Below are positions 14,657-24,337 of a stretch of DNA of 31,462 nucleotides, one piece after another. The DNA lies in IMG/VR virus record IMGVR_UViG_3300036987_000047, positions 1-31,462 of that record. One strand, given 5' to 3'. The notes under the pieces were generated by a model. It saw only the letters and a program-made list of their open reading frames with translations, was not told the origin of the DNA and did not search any database. Within the stretch, counting starts at the first letter, position 1. Each line of letters opens with the position of its first letter. The DNA is from a virus. Its lineage: Duplodnaviria > Caudoviricetes. The translations under genes were made by a program, and so were the position numbers.

Positions 14657-15172
14657 ATGAGGCGCCGCATGAAGTACGTGAATGGGATACAAATTTCTGA
14701 CTTTGCGCCGCTGCCTCCCTTGAAGGGGTGTGGCGCGGCCATCGTGTGCGGAACTGCGCCTGGGTATGGAGAAGAGCTTGCGGAGGCCCTGCGGCAAGAA
14801 CCAGAGGCGTATGTCATGGGCGTCAACAGGGTGTACCAGACGACTGCGGTTGACTGCCTAGCGACTGTACACCCTGAGGCTTTTCAGGATTGCCCCGTTG
14901 ACCTCCACACGGACAAGCCTGGCGGCGATTGGCGGTGGCCCATTGCGACAAGGGGCGGCACCAGCGCCCTTCTGGCTGTGTGCATAGCCTTGATGATGGG
15001 GTTTGACCGGGTAGTGCTGGCGGGTGTCCATATAGACGGCGAATATTCCCAATGCCGAGGCCCGTGGTTGGAAAGACGCAAGGCTTTGAGCGGACGAATT
15101 TGCAGCGTGAGCCCACGCGGGACGTTCACCCGAGACACATTCGGCGGCTGCGAAGACAGCGCCGCAACATAG
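14657..15172 (+). CDS. MptE/Maf/sialyltransferase-like (GT-A variant) protein
   Basis: AIVCGTAP, VMGVN, GGTSALLAVCIALMMGFDRVVLAGV; the start may be 14669. Confidence 0.6.
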   Translation: MRRRMKYVNGIQISDFAPLPPLKGCGAAIVCGTAPGYGEELAEALRQEPEAYVMGVNRVYQTTAVDCLATVHPEAFQDCPVDLHTDKPGGDWRWPIATRGGTSALLAVCIALMMGFDRVVLAGVHIDGEYSQCRGPWLERRKALSGRICSVSPRGTFTRDTFGGCEDSAAT

Positions 15173-15181
15173 GGGGCCGGA

Positions 15182-15778
15182 ATGCCGTCAAAAGCTGATA
15201 TTTGCAACCGCGCTTTGGTGACGCTCGGTGATGTGCGTATTTCGACTTTGAGCGAAGACACCCCACAGGCCCGCCGCTGCAACGTTGTTTACGAAGAGGC
15301 GCGGCAGACCGTTCTTTCTGACCATCCGTGGAATTGCTGCACCAAGCGCGCCCGGCTGGCCCGCAGTACCACAGCCCCGGTTTATCAGTTTGCGTATCGC
15401 TACAGCCTGCCGAGCGACTGCCTGCGCGTCTTGTCTGTGTACAACGATCCGGAGTACCAGATCGAGGGCAAGTTCCTGGTAACGGACCTTGATGACGTGT
15501 ACATCCTGTACGTGGCCGACATCGACGACCCGAACCAGTACATTCCGGCTTTGCGCGAGGTTTTGTCGCTCTACATTGAGGCCAAGCTGACGTATGCCGC
15601 GACCGAATCCACGTCCAAAGAGCAGGCGGCCTGGGGTCGGTACGAGGCCGCGCTAGTGCGCGCCAGGGGCATCGATGCGCGCGAGGGAACTCCGACCAAC
15701 AATCAGCCGAACAGTTGGGTACGCGCGTTCCACAGAGGGTCAACAGGCATGTACTCCATCGACGACATTGAGGTATAG
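15182..15778 (+). CDS. Tail tubular protein A / adaptor (T7 gp11-like)
   Basis: DICNRALVTLG...HPWNC..KR..L....P...FAY.Y.LP.DCLRV. Confidence 0.85.
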   Translation: MPSKADICNRALVTLGDVRISTLSEDTPQARRCNVVYEEARQTVLSDHPWNCCTKRARLARSTTAPVYQFAYRYSLPSDCLRVLSVYNDPEYQIEGKFLVTDLDDVYILYVADIDDPNQYIPALREVLSLYIEAKLTYAATESTSKEQAAWGRYEAALVRARGIDAREGTPTNNQPNSWVRAFHRGSTGMYSIDDIEV

Positions 15779-15781
15779 CCG

Positions 15782-17536
15782 ATGGCAAACACTACCCCGG
15801 CCATAAGCGACTTCACCACTGGCGAGATCAGCAAGCGCCTATACGGGCGCGTGAACCTCAAGACGTACCTGAACGCCTGCGCCAAGCTGGAAAACATGTT
15901 CGTCTACCCTTACGGCGGCGCAACTCGCCGCACGGGTACGCAGTTCGCCTATGAGGTCAAGGATTCTACCAAATTCACGAGGGTGATCCCCTTCGTGTTC
16001 TCGACCGTGCAGGCCTATATTCTGGAGTTCGGCGAGGGGTACATTCGGTTCTACCGTGATTATGGGATTCTCGTGGACTGCTCCGCCCCTTACGAGATTG
16101 TCTCGCCTTACGCTGAAGATGATTTGCAGACGCTGGAGTTTACGCAGAGCGCGGACGTGTTGACCATTGTTCATCCGTTCTATGCGCCTCGTGAGTTGGT
16201 GCGCACGGCGGACACAAGCTGGAGTCTGAACGTAATCACGTTCACTGCCAAGCCTGCCGAGTGGGCGTCCGACAACTATCCTGTAGCAGTCACATATTTC
16301 CAGCAGCGCCTTGTCTTTGGTGGCACTCCGCTACAGCCCAACAAGTTCTGGATGAGCAAAGCTTCCGACTTTAATAACATGACGACGGGGTCAGAAGACG
16401 ACGACGCTATGGCCCTGACCCTTGATTCCGACACCGTGAACGCCATCGTTTGGATGAAGACCGGGCGCAACCTGATGATCGGCACCAACGACAGTGAATG
16501 GGTGCTGGGCGGATCGTCCACAAACAAGACTGTCACGCCAAACAATTATTCTCTTGAGCGCCAGACCACCTACGGGAGCGAAAGCGGCGTAGGGGCTTGG
16601 CTTGTCGGCAATGCTGCCCTGTACACGCAGTATTATGGGCGAAAGGTGCGCGAAATGGCGTACCGGTACGAGCTTGATCAATACCCTAGCCCGGACATGA
16701 GCCTTTTGTCCGAGCATATGGGGCGTGAGAGCTACTTTGTGGCCTCTGCCTACGCCGCACACCCAGACTCCGTGCTGTGGGTTGTGCGCAACGATGGGGT
16801 ATTGTTGAGCCTGACTTACCAGAGGGACCAGGAGGTGACAGCTTGGGCCAGGCACACCACGGACGGTTTTTTCGAGTCCGTCGCTTGCATTCCTGGGGAC
16901 ACTCAGACGGATGTTTGGTTTGTCGTGAGGCGCACCATCGACGGGGTGACGAAGCGGTATGTTGAATATTTGAATGTCCCATTCAGCGGGACCAGCACGA
17001 ATGACCCGACGTGCCGATATCTGGACAGCGCGTTGACCTATGCCGGGAGCCCACAGGCCGTAATCAGCGGCTATGACCATCTGGCCGGGGAGACGGTCAG
17101 CATCTTGGCTGACGGCGCGGCGCATCCTGATGTCGTGGTAGCCAGCAATGGATCCATCACGCTTTCGCGCGCGGCCTCGTTGGTGCAGGCGGGGCTTGGG
17201 TATCGTTCCATTCTGAAAACCGTGAGACTGGAAACAGAGTCCGTTGAAGGCGGCACAACGCAGACAAAGAAAGGGCGCATTTCGAGGCTCGGCATTCGCT
17301 TTGAAGACACCTTGGGAGCGAAGTACGGCAAAAGCGAAGATGCCGGCGACCTTCAGACGGTCTATTTCCGCACCAGCGCAAGCCTCATGGACAACCCCCC
17401 CAACCTGTTCAGCGGGGACAAGGAAGTGATTTGGGATGCCGGGTGGGAAACTGACAGGTACGTTGTTGTGGTGCAGGATCAGCCCTTGCCGCTGACGGTC
17501 AACATGCTGGTGCCGCACGTGACGGTGAACCGATGA
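15782..17536 (+). CDS. Tail tubular protein B / nozzle (T7 gp12-like)
   Basis: FTTGEIS..LYGR, GGATRRTGT, QSADVL, YP..VTYFQQRL.FGG, EVTAWARH, VQDQPLPLTV. Confidence 0.9.
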   Translation: MANTTPAISDFTTGEISKRLYGRVNLKTYLNACAKLENMFVYPYGGATRRTGTQFAYEVKDSTKFTRVIPFVFSTVQAYILEFGEGYIRFYRDYGILVDCSAPYEIVSPYAEDDLQTLEFTQSADVLTIVHPFYAPRELVRTADTSWSLNVITFTAKPAEWASDNYPVAVTYFQQRLVFGGTPLQPNKFWMSKASDFNNMTTGSEDDDAMALTLDSDTVNAIVWMKTGRNLMIGTNDSEWVLGGSSTNKTVTPNNYSLERQTTYGSESGVGAWLVGNAALYTQYYGRKVREMAYRYELDQYPSPDMSLLSEHMGRESYFVASAYAAHPDSVLWVVRNDGVLLSLTYQRDQEVTAWARHTTDGFFESVACIPGDTQTDVWFVVRRTIDGVTKRYVEYLNVPFSGTSTNDPTCRYLDSALTYAGSPQAVISGYDHLAGETVSILADGAAHPDVVVASNGSITLSRAASLVQAGLGYRSILKTVRLETESVEGGTTQTKKGRISRLGIRFEDTLGAKYGKSEDAGDLQTVYFRTSASLMDNPPNLFSGDKEVIWDAGWETDRYVVVVQDQPLPLTVNMLVPHVTVNR

Positions 17537-17982
17537 GCGCCGTCGTAATCCGGCCTTTTGAGCCGATGGACGCCTATTTGATTGAGCTGCGCAATATCGA
17601 CAAGGCGGATTACGCGGGCATTGACTATTTCTGGCTTGTCTACGGCTACTGGAATGCTTCCCAGGTAAAGTGGACGATTGAAGCTGACGGCAAAATCGTG
17701 GCCTGCGGGGGGGTACGAATGTGCGGAGCCGAGGGAACGGCATGGATTCTTTCCAGTGAGCTTGTGAACACGCACCGCAAGGTTTTCCACAAGACGGTCA
17801 AGCGGTTGATTGACGACATGTTCGCAGTGTACGGGGCTCGGCGCATCGCAACGCTTGTGCTCCCGCAGAACAAGATAAGCCGCCGCTGGTTGAAGCGCCT
17901 GGGAATGCGCCCGGAGGGCCTGGCGCGCAAGTGTGGACCAAATGGATTGGACCGACTAATGTATGCGAGGGTAGCCAAATGA
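17533..17982 (+). CDS. GNAT-fold protein (T7 gp13-like)
   Basis: IVACGG...AW...V...N..SRRWLKRLG..EG; follows tail tube B. Confidence 0.75.
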   Translation: MSAVVIRPFEPMDAYLIELRNIDKADYAGIDYFWLVYGYWNASQVKWTIEADGKIVACGGVRMCGAEGTAWILSSELVNTHRKVFHKTVKRLIDDMFAVYGARRIATLVLPQNKISRRWLKRLGMRPEGLARKCGPNGLDRLMYARVAK

Positions 17983-18497
17983 GTGGAGTTGAAACCGGAG
18001 CGCTGCTATTCGGAACACCTGCCTACACGTTGGGCGCCGGGATGACCGGGCCAGTGGCTGCAGCAACAAGCGGGCTTATTGGTACAGGCGGCGCTTTTTC
18101 CTTAGCTTCTGGGCTGACGCTTGGCCTTGGTGCGCTGGACGTTTTGGGCTCCCTGTCCGCTGGCTACAACGAATCTGCCGCCGCCAAGGCGAACGCGCGG
18201 CGTGTAGAAGCCGAGGCTGCGTACAATGCGGAGCAGAAGCGCAGGCAGACGAGATCGCTTCTTTCAAGCCAGAGGGCAGCTTATGGCGCGTCCGGGGCCG
18301 TGGCAACCGAGGGGACGCCAGTGGAGGTGCTTTCCAGCACTGCCGCAGAGGGCGAACTCGACGCGCTGTCCATCTTGTACGGCGGGCAGTCGGAGGCGGA
18401 TATTTTGCGGAGAAAGGCGCGGTCTTCGGAGTCGTCTGGCATTTTCGGTGCCGGCACTTCACTGCTCAAAACTGGCCTGTCCTTGGCGAAGAGGTAG
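17979..18497 (+). CDS. Internal virion (ejection) protein, gp14-like
   Basis: Gly/Ala-rich hydrophobic N-terminus; QRAAYGASG....GTP. Confidence 0.7.
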   Translation: MSGVETGALLFGTPAYTLGAGMTGPVAAATSGLIGTGGAFSLASGLTLGLGALDVLGSLSAGYNESAAAKANARRVEAEAAYNAEQKRRQTRSLLSSQRAAYGASGAVATEGTPVEVLSSTAAEGELDALSILYGGQSEADILRRKARSSESSGIFGAGTSLLKTGLSLAKR

Positions 18498-18500
18498 CAC

Positions 18501-20498
18501 ATGGTTCAAATCCCGCGATACACGCCCGGAAGTGGGCCAGCGTTGCGCCTCGGGCGAGAAAGCATCGGCGAGGCCGGGGCAATGGGTCGTGCCATCCAAA
18601 GCGCAGCCCGTGAAGGGCAGCAGATAGCCGCCGAGTGGACGCGCCAGGACGAAAACGCGGCCATGCTGCGCGCGCAAAACCAGTATCTTGAGAAAGAGGC
18701 CGAGGTCAGGGCGGACATTGAGTCCAGGCGCGGCCTGGGCGCAAAGGGAGCAACTGAAGAATACCGCAAGCGCTCAAATGAAATCCGCCAGACGGTGCGC
18801 GGAAACATCGGTTATGGCCGCGTGCAGGAAGGCTTCGATGTCTGGACGCAGCAGCAGGAAACAAGTTCCTGGCCGCAGGTGGCCCGCTTTGAGCGCGGGC
18901 AGGACCATGCCCAGGCCAGAGCGGACCTCGATTTGCGCGTCACAAACGTTGGGCTTGAGCTGGCAAAAAACAACGACCTTGGCGCGGCGCTCAAGTCTTT
19001 GGATGAGGCTTACGCGCTTGGTGTCAGCGCTGGGGTAATGCTGCCCGAGGAAGCCGCACAGAGGAAGGCCATAGCCGTTGAACATACGCGCAAGGAGTCG
19101 TTCAAGGTCGCGTACCAGATTGACAAGGACGCGGCTATCAAGGGCATTGGCGCATTCGGTCTGAATGAACAGGACGTGAAGCTGTACCAGGTCAAATACA
19201 AGGCTGACAAAAAAGCCGAGGAGCGCGAACGCAAGGCCATCGCAGCGGAGCAGTCGGCATTGATCATGGGCAACGTCAAGGGCATGGAAATCATCGCCCA
19301 GGAGACGGGCGACACGTCTGGGCTGCGCACCGTGGCGAACCGCCTAGCGGCGCTCGGCAATTCGGACGCATCAAAGCGGGTGCTCAAGACTGCGCAAACC
19401 TACGACGCAGCGTATTCGACCATCAAGGAGATCAACACTCTCCCGATTGCCGAGGCGTCGAAGCTTGTGGGTGGGCTCAAAGTCTCGACCACGGACCCGC
19501 TGCAAGCCGAGATGGACTACACCGTGCGCGACGTGGCGCACAAGGCATTTGCGGACCGCCTGAAAAAGTTCAATGCCGACCCTGCGGCCTCTGTGGACGC
19601 GCAGGCCGTCGGGGCGACTCCGTATGAGCGGGCGCAGTCCAGGACACGCCTACAGGCCAGCCAGGGCCTTTTGCCGGAGTCTGGCGTAAAGACCCTGACG
19701 AACATGGAGCGCGAACAGCTTCAGGCGCAGTGGAGCCAAGCCGACACGCGGGGCAAGGCCTCGCTTGTGGAGCGCATTGGGCGCGACTACCGCGATTTGG
19801 CCGGGGATGTTTTGACCGAAATGAAAGTCCCGGCGGGGGCCATGTTTTCCCGGCACGTGTCGAACCCATACGACAAGGAATTGCTTGTGCGCGCTGGCGG
19901 GGCAAAGAAAATCGAAGTGCCGCCCGGCATGGTCGCAACGGACTTCACGCGTCAGGCCGATTCGTCCAACGTGGTGGAGACTTTGGAGGCCGCTCGACGC
20001 ATGATGCCAGGCGACCAGGGCTATGCGACCTACGTTGGTGAGATGCGCAACACCGTCGAGAACCTGGGCAAAATACTCGGCAATCCAAAGGACGGGCGCA
20101 AGTGGATTGACCAGCGGTTTTCCGTGCTGGACGATTCCAAGGCCAAGGTTGTATTTCCGGCCAGCATGGACGCAACAAAGGTGCGCAGAACGCTTGAGGC
20201 GCAGCGCACACACCTGCTGGACACTGTGCAGGACTTTGGCACAAAACAGGCAATTCGCAACGGAGTGTGGGTCAACGACGGAGACGGTTTCTCCCTGCTC
20301 TCCCCGACCTCGGGCCGCGTGTTCACGGGGTCGATGGTGAGCGCAGAGGACGTGCTTGACGGAGTTCAGCGCACCCCGGTTGCCACGGGCGAGGTGCGGC
20401 GCAGAGTGAGCCTGCCGCCTGCCGAAGTTCCGGCCATGCGCATCCCGCCCGCTGGCTTGCCGCAAAGGCCTTCCAACACAATGCGGGGGGCGCGCTAA
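18501..20498 (+). CDS. Internal virion (ejection) protein, gp15-like
   Basis: MVQIPRY start, 665 aa, helical; position in the module. Confidence 0.65.
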   Translation: MVQIPRYTPGSGPALRLGRESIGEAGAMGRAIQSAAREGQQIAAEWTRQDENAAMLRAQNQYLEKEAEVRADIESRRGLGAKGATEEYRKRSNEIRQTVRGNIGYGRVQEGFDVWTQQQETSSWPQVARFERGQDHAQARADLDLRVTNVGLELAKNNDLGAALKSLDEAYALGVSAGVMLPEEAAQRKAIAVEHTRKESFKVAYQIDKDAAIKGIGAFGLNEQDVKLYQVKYKADKKAEERERKAIAAEQSALIMGNVKGMEIIAQETGDTSGLRTVANRLAALGNSDASKRVLKTAQTYDAAYSTIKEINTLPIAEASKLVGGLKVSTTDPLQAEMDYTVRDVAHKAFADRLKKFNADPAASVDAQAVGATPYERAQSRTRLQASQGLLPESGVKTLTNMEREQLQAQWSQADTRGKASLVERIGRDYRDLAGDVLTEMKVPAGAMFSRHVSNPYDKELLVRAGGAKKIEVPPGMVATDFTRQADSSNVVETLEAARRMMPGDQGYATYVGEMRNTVENLGKILGNPKDGRKWIDQRFSVLDDSKAKVVFPASMDATKVRRTLEAQRTHLLDTVQDFGTKQAIRNGVWVNDGDGFSLLSPTSGRVFTGSMVSAEDVLDGVQRTPVATGEVRRRVSLPPAEVPAMRIPPAGLPQRPSNTMRGAR

Positions 20499-21862
20499 TG
20501 CTTGGCCGCAGATTGGAAATGGGGCAGGGCGAAGAGGCCTTTGTGGCGCAGGGCCAGACCGTGGGCCTTGGGCAATACCTTGGCACTCAGGTCAAGGAAG
20601 CGTTTCGGCAGACCACCACGGGCGTGATGATTGACCAGATGAAGCAGCGCGTCTCCGATCTTATTGACTTTGGCGGCGGTGAGGAAGGGGAGACCCTGCC
20701 GGAGCGGTTTGCCAAGACGGTTTTGACCAAGAAGGAATGGGAGGAAAGCCCGGACTTCCGACCCGGCATCGACATTGGTGAAGGGACCACCAGGGCGAGG
20801 GCGCGTATCATGGCCGCGAACCATGACGAGATTGAGGCGCGCAAAGAGATACTGGCCCACAAGCCTGAAGGCGCGCTTGCCACAGCGCTGGGCTTTGGCG
20901 CGGCCATCGTTGGCAGCATCCCGGACCCGATCAACCTGATTCCGTTCGGGACGGTGGTCAAGGGCGGCAAGGCCCTGCATACCATCGGGCGCGCTGCGCT
21001 TGAGGGCTCGGTGGGCAACTTGGCTGTGTCCGCCGTGACGCGGCCCTATTGGGAAGAGCAGGGCGAGGAATCGGACTGGCAGGATTACGCTATGGACGCA
21101 GTTCTGGGCGCTGGCGTCGGCACGCTGTTTGGTGTAGGCGGCGCGGCTGTGCGGGCTCTGCGCAAAACGTCAACGGCTGCTGACCGGGCCACCATAGCGC
21201 GCGGCGTCGAAGCTGTTGCGGCAGGTGAAAACCCGGCGCTGGTGGAGGGGCTGGAGGAGGCCACGCGGAATGTTCGGATTGCGGCAGGGCTGGAAGTTCC
21301 GGATGATGCGCCTGTGATAGATTTGCTCAAAAGTGACTTGGCAGATGCAGGGGGCGGGTCGGAAGTGCCGGGAAGCGCCATAGGTGAAGGCACTTCTGGG
21401 GATGCTGCCCCCCCGTACCTGCCACGCTGGTCCGCGTTCGGCGGGTACGAGGTGATTGACACGCGCGACGGCACGGTGATGCACAGACCTGGCGCAGCTT
21501 ATGGGGATATGCCGCCTAGATTTAAGACACTAGAGGCTGCGCAGAAGTTTGTAAAAAAATTAGACAAGCTGGATTCAAAGAAAGAATTCATCACCACCGT
21601 GCCTTCCGCACAAAAAACACGCTTCGCTCCAGAACCGGAGCCGTTGCGGGCAGAAGCGTTTGAGCCCATGCCGCGCAGCATCGAAGACCCGGACGGCTTG
21701 CTTTCCTTTGTGGACGACAAGCAGCTTGCGGAGATCGAGGCCTTGCCGCGTGAGCAGATGTCCGATTTTGACCGCGCTACGTTGGATGATGCAGACTTTT
21801 CCTCGCGTGAAGCCGACAAAGCGGCAGAGGCTTACGCCCGCGCCGTTGACTGTGTAATGTAG
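20498..21862 (+). CDS. Internal virion (ejection) protein
   Basis: DPINLIPFG and hydrophobic Gly/Ala helices typical of podoviral ejection proteins. Confidence 0.65.
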   Translation: MLGRRLEMGQGEEAFVAQGQTVGLGQYLGTQVKEAFRQTTTGVMIDQMKQRVSDLIDFGGGEEGETLPERFAKTVLTKKEWEESPDFRPGIDIGEGTTRARARIMAANHDEIEARKEILAHKPEGALATALGFGAAIVGSIPDPINLIPFGTVVKGGKALHTIGRAALEGSVGNLAVSAVTRPYWEEQGEESDWQDYAMDAVLGAGVGTLFGVGGAAVRALRKTSTAADRATIARGVEAVAAGENPALVEGLEEATRNVRIAAGLEVPDDAPVIDLLKSDLADAGGGSEVPGSAIGEGTSGDAAPPYLPRWSAFGGYEVIDTRDGTVMHRPGAAYGDMPPRFKTLEAAQKFVKKLDKLDSKKEFITTVPSAQKTRFAPEPEPLRAEAFEPMPRSIEDPDGLLSFVDDKQLAEIEALPREQMSDFDRATLDDADFSSREADKAAEAYARAVDCVM

Positions 21863-21870
21863 GGGGCCGA

Positions 21871-24330
21871 ATGCCGACCAAAGATTCTTGCATTGAAGCC
21901 GTTGCCAAGGCCGCAGGCATTACCACGCAAGAGGTATCGCTCATCGTGGGGGACTTGGCGCGTAAAAAAGCCATGGCCTTCGCGCGGGGAAAACCTTTAA
22001 GCGTGCAGCAATTGGCCGCAGAGGCAGACCGCCTAGGCCAGCAGGCCATTCTTGCGGCTGCGTTGCAAAAGCGGCAGGCAGCGTTGACCATCCTGCGCAA
22101 GCGCGACATGACCGCCCGCATAGACGGCCTCATTGCAGACGGGGTGAAGCCCAAAAACGCGCTCCTCGCCACCTTGGAAGGGACGCAGAAGCGCGGCGTC
22201 ACAGGCGGCACGGCCTCAACCTACGTGCGCTATGAGGCGATCCGCAACGGCTACAAGTCAGGCATCGACGCGGATATCAACTCCTTCGGGCGGCACATTT
22301 GGGACCGCGCCAAAAGCGACCCTGACTTCAACGGCAACGTGATCCGCGAAATGTGGGAGCTGCGCTCGGACGGCCAGGGCAAGCCTGGAATCACAAAGGA
22401 TGCGGATGCGCTGGCTGTGGCGCAGATTGTGCGGGCCAACACGGACAATGCCCGCAACCGCATGAACCGAAGCGGGGCGTATATCCGCGAGCTGCAAGGC
22501 TGGGCTCCGCAAAGCCACGATGACGAGAAGCTCATCAAGGCCGGGCTTGAGGCGTGGAAAAAAGACATCACGCCGGGGCTGGACCTGGAGCGCATGGGCG
22601 TTGACGCGGGTGAACTGGACGGATTTCTGAAGGCCGCCTACGAAAATATCACCCTCGGCAAGCCTCCCAGGGCCGAGACGGGCCGCGTGACGCCGCGCAA
22701 CCTCGCCAGGGCACATGAGAAGAGCCGCGTTTTGCATTTCGTGAACGCCGACGCGCAGCTTGCCTACGAGGCCAAGTACGGAGTCTCTGACAACGTGCTT
22801 GTGGCTATCGATAGGCACCTGGACCGCGCCTCGCGTGATATCGCGCTGATGGAGGACTTCGGGCCGAGCCCAGAACAAACCCTGGTGAGCTTGGCCGATG
22901 AACTTCAGGCCAGTGTGAAAGACCTCAAGGTCAAGAAAAACATGCCCACTGGCCAGGACATAGCCCGCAGACAAACGCCAGTTGGCCGCGCCTACTCCGT
23001 GGTAAGCGGCGAGTATATGTTTGCGGCCAACGCCCAGGTAGCGCAGACCATGCGCGCATGGCGCGGCATTCAGTCGCTTTCCAAGTTGGCTGGTGCAACG
23101 CTTTCCGCTTTTGGCGACACTTTTACCTTTGCCGTGGCCCGGCGCTCCATCGGTGACACTAGCGCGTTTGGCGGCATGAAAGACGCCCTGGTCGACCTGT
23201 TCAGCAAGATGAGCCCGAATGAGCGCAGCATAGTTCCCAGGCTGGCCGTGGTGACGGACGGGGCGCTTGCAGACCTCGTGTCCCGCTTCAACGCCCAGGA
23301 CTCGGCGCGGGGCATCATAGGGCGCGAAATGTCGCGCATGTTCCGATGGTCCGGCCTGACCGGGTGGACCAACGCCCGCAAGAACGGTTTTGCCTTGCTG
23401 CTTTCCCGCGACATGGCCGAGGCCTTGGACAAGCCGTGGGCGCAGATGGAGAATACCGGGCTGCGCGAGTCGCTGGAGTCTGCCGCGCGGGTGACTGAAA
23501 AAGAATGGGATTTCCTTCGCGCCGTGGGGCCTGACATTGAAGGCGGGGAACGCTTCTTCACTCCGGACATGGCCCGGCGCATTCCGGATGCCAGTCTGAG
23601 CGAGGCCGGTCGAGTTGACCTAGAGACACGCCTGCGCGGCATGTTTATCGAAATGACTCGCAACGCCGTCATGGAGCCGGACGCGAAAATTTTGCGCTGG
23701 CTGACAAGGGGAGAAAGGCCAGGGACGTTTGAAAGAGAGTTTTTCAGCACCGTGATGCAATTCAAAAGCTACCCGCTGGCCTACATGAACCGCATGTACG
23801 GCGGCACTCGCTGGCGCAAAGCTGGACGCAATACGGACGTGGTCGGCATGACCATGCTGGTGTCGAGCATGGCAACCTTTGGGTACATTGCTATGACGCT
23901 GAAAGACCTGGCAAACGGCAAGGAGCCGCGAGACCCGGCCAACATGGCGACATGGCACGCCGCCCTTCTGCAATCTGGCGGGCTCGGCATTTTCGGCGAC
24001 TTCATATTGGGCGAAACAAACCGCTTCGGCGGTGGCGTCGGGGCCACGCTTGGGGGGCCGACGCTTTCAACCGTTGAGGATTTGGCCAAAATGGTGAGCA
24101 AGGTTACGCACGGAGACCCGGACATTCGCTCTGAGGCCATACGCCTCGTCAAGTCAAACCTGCCCTACGCTAACCTCTGGTACACCAAAGCAGCTATGGA
24201 CTACTTGCTTTGGTACAACTTGAGAGAAATTGCATCTCCCGGATCAACACGGCGCATGGAACGCCGCATGGACAAGGACTTCAACCAATCGTTTATCATT
24301 CCGCCATCAGAAAACCCTTTGAAGTGGTGA
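21871..24330 (+). CDS. Large internal virion (ejection) protein, gp16-like C-terminal region
   Basis: QFKSYP, GKEPRDP, LQSGGLGIFGDF, NRFGGG...LGGP, LPYANLWY.KAA.D. Confidence 0.75.
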   Translation: MPTKDSCIEAVAKAAGITTQEVSLIVGDLARKKAMAFARGKPLSVQQLAAEADRLGQQAILAAALQKRQAALTILRKRDMTARIDGLIADGVKPKNALLATLEGTQKRGVTGGTASTYVRYEAIRNGYKSGIDADINSFGRHIWDRAKSDPDFNGNVIREMWELRSDGQGKPGITKDADALAVAQIVRANTDNARNRMNRSGAYIRELQGWAPQSHDDEKLIKAGLEAWKKDITPGLDLERMGVDAGELDGFLKAAYENITLGKPPRAETGRVTPRNLARAHEKSRVLHFVNADAQLAYEAKYGVSDNVLVAIDRHLDRASRDIALMEDFGPSPEQTLVSLADELQASVKDLKVKKNMPTGQDIARRQTPVGRAYSVVSGEYMFAANAQVAQTMRAWRGIQSLSKLAGATLSAFGDTFTFAVARRSIGDTSAFGGMKDALVDLFSKMSPNERSIVPRLAVVTDGALADLVSRFNAQDSARGIIGREMSRMFRWSGLTGWTNARKNGFALLLSRDMAEALDKPWAQMENTGLRESLESAARVTEKEWDFLRAVGPDIEGGERFFTPDMARRIPDASLSEAGRVDLETRLRGMFIEMTRNAVMEPDAKILRWLTRGERPGTFEREFFSTVMQFKSYPLAYMNRMYGGTRWRKAGRNTDVVGMTMLVSSMATFGYIAMTLKDLANGKEPRDPANMATWHAALLQSGGLGIFGDFILGETNRFGGGVGATLGGPTLSTVEDLAKMVSKVTHGDPDIRSEAIRLVKSNLPYANLWYTKAAMDYLLWYNLREIASPGSTRRMERRMDKDFNQSFIIPPSENPLKW

Positions 24331-24337
24331 GGTAGCA

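Noticed and set aside
21860-21873. Stop-codon readthrough joining the 454-aa and 819-aa ejection proteins
   Set aside because: The two ORFs are in different frames (8-nt gap), and the second has its own purine-rich RBS.
18501-24330. Virion-associated lytic transglycosylase in the ejection proteins
   Set aside because: I could not find an ES...GLMQ-type SLT or other lysozyme motif by eye; a profile search is needed before claiming presence or absence.
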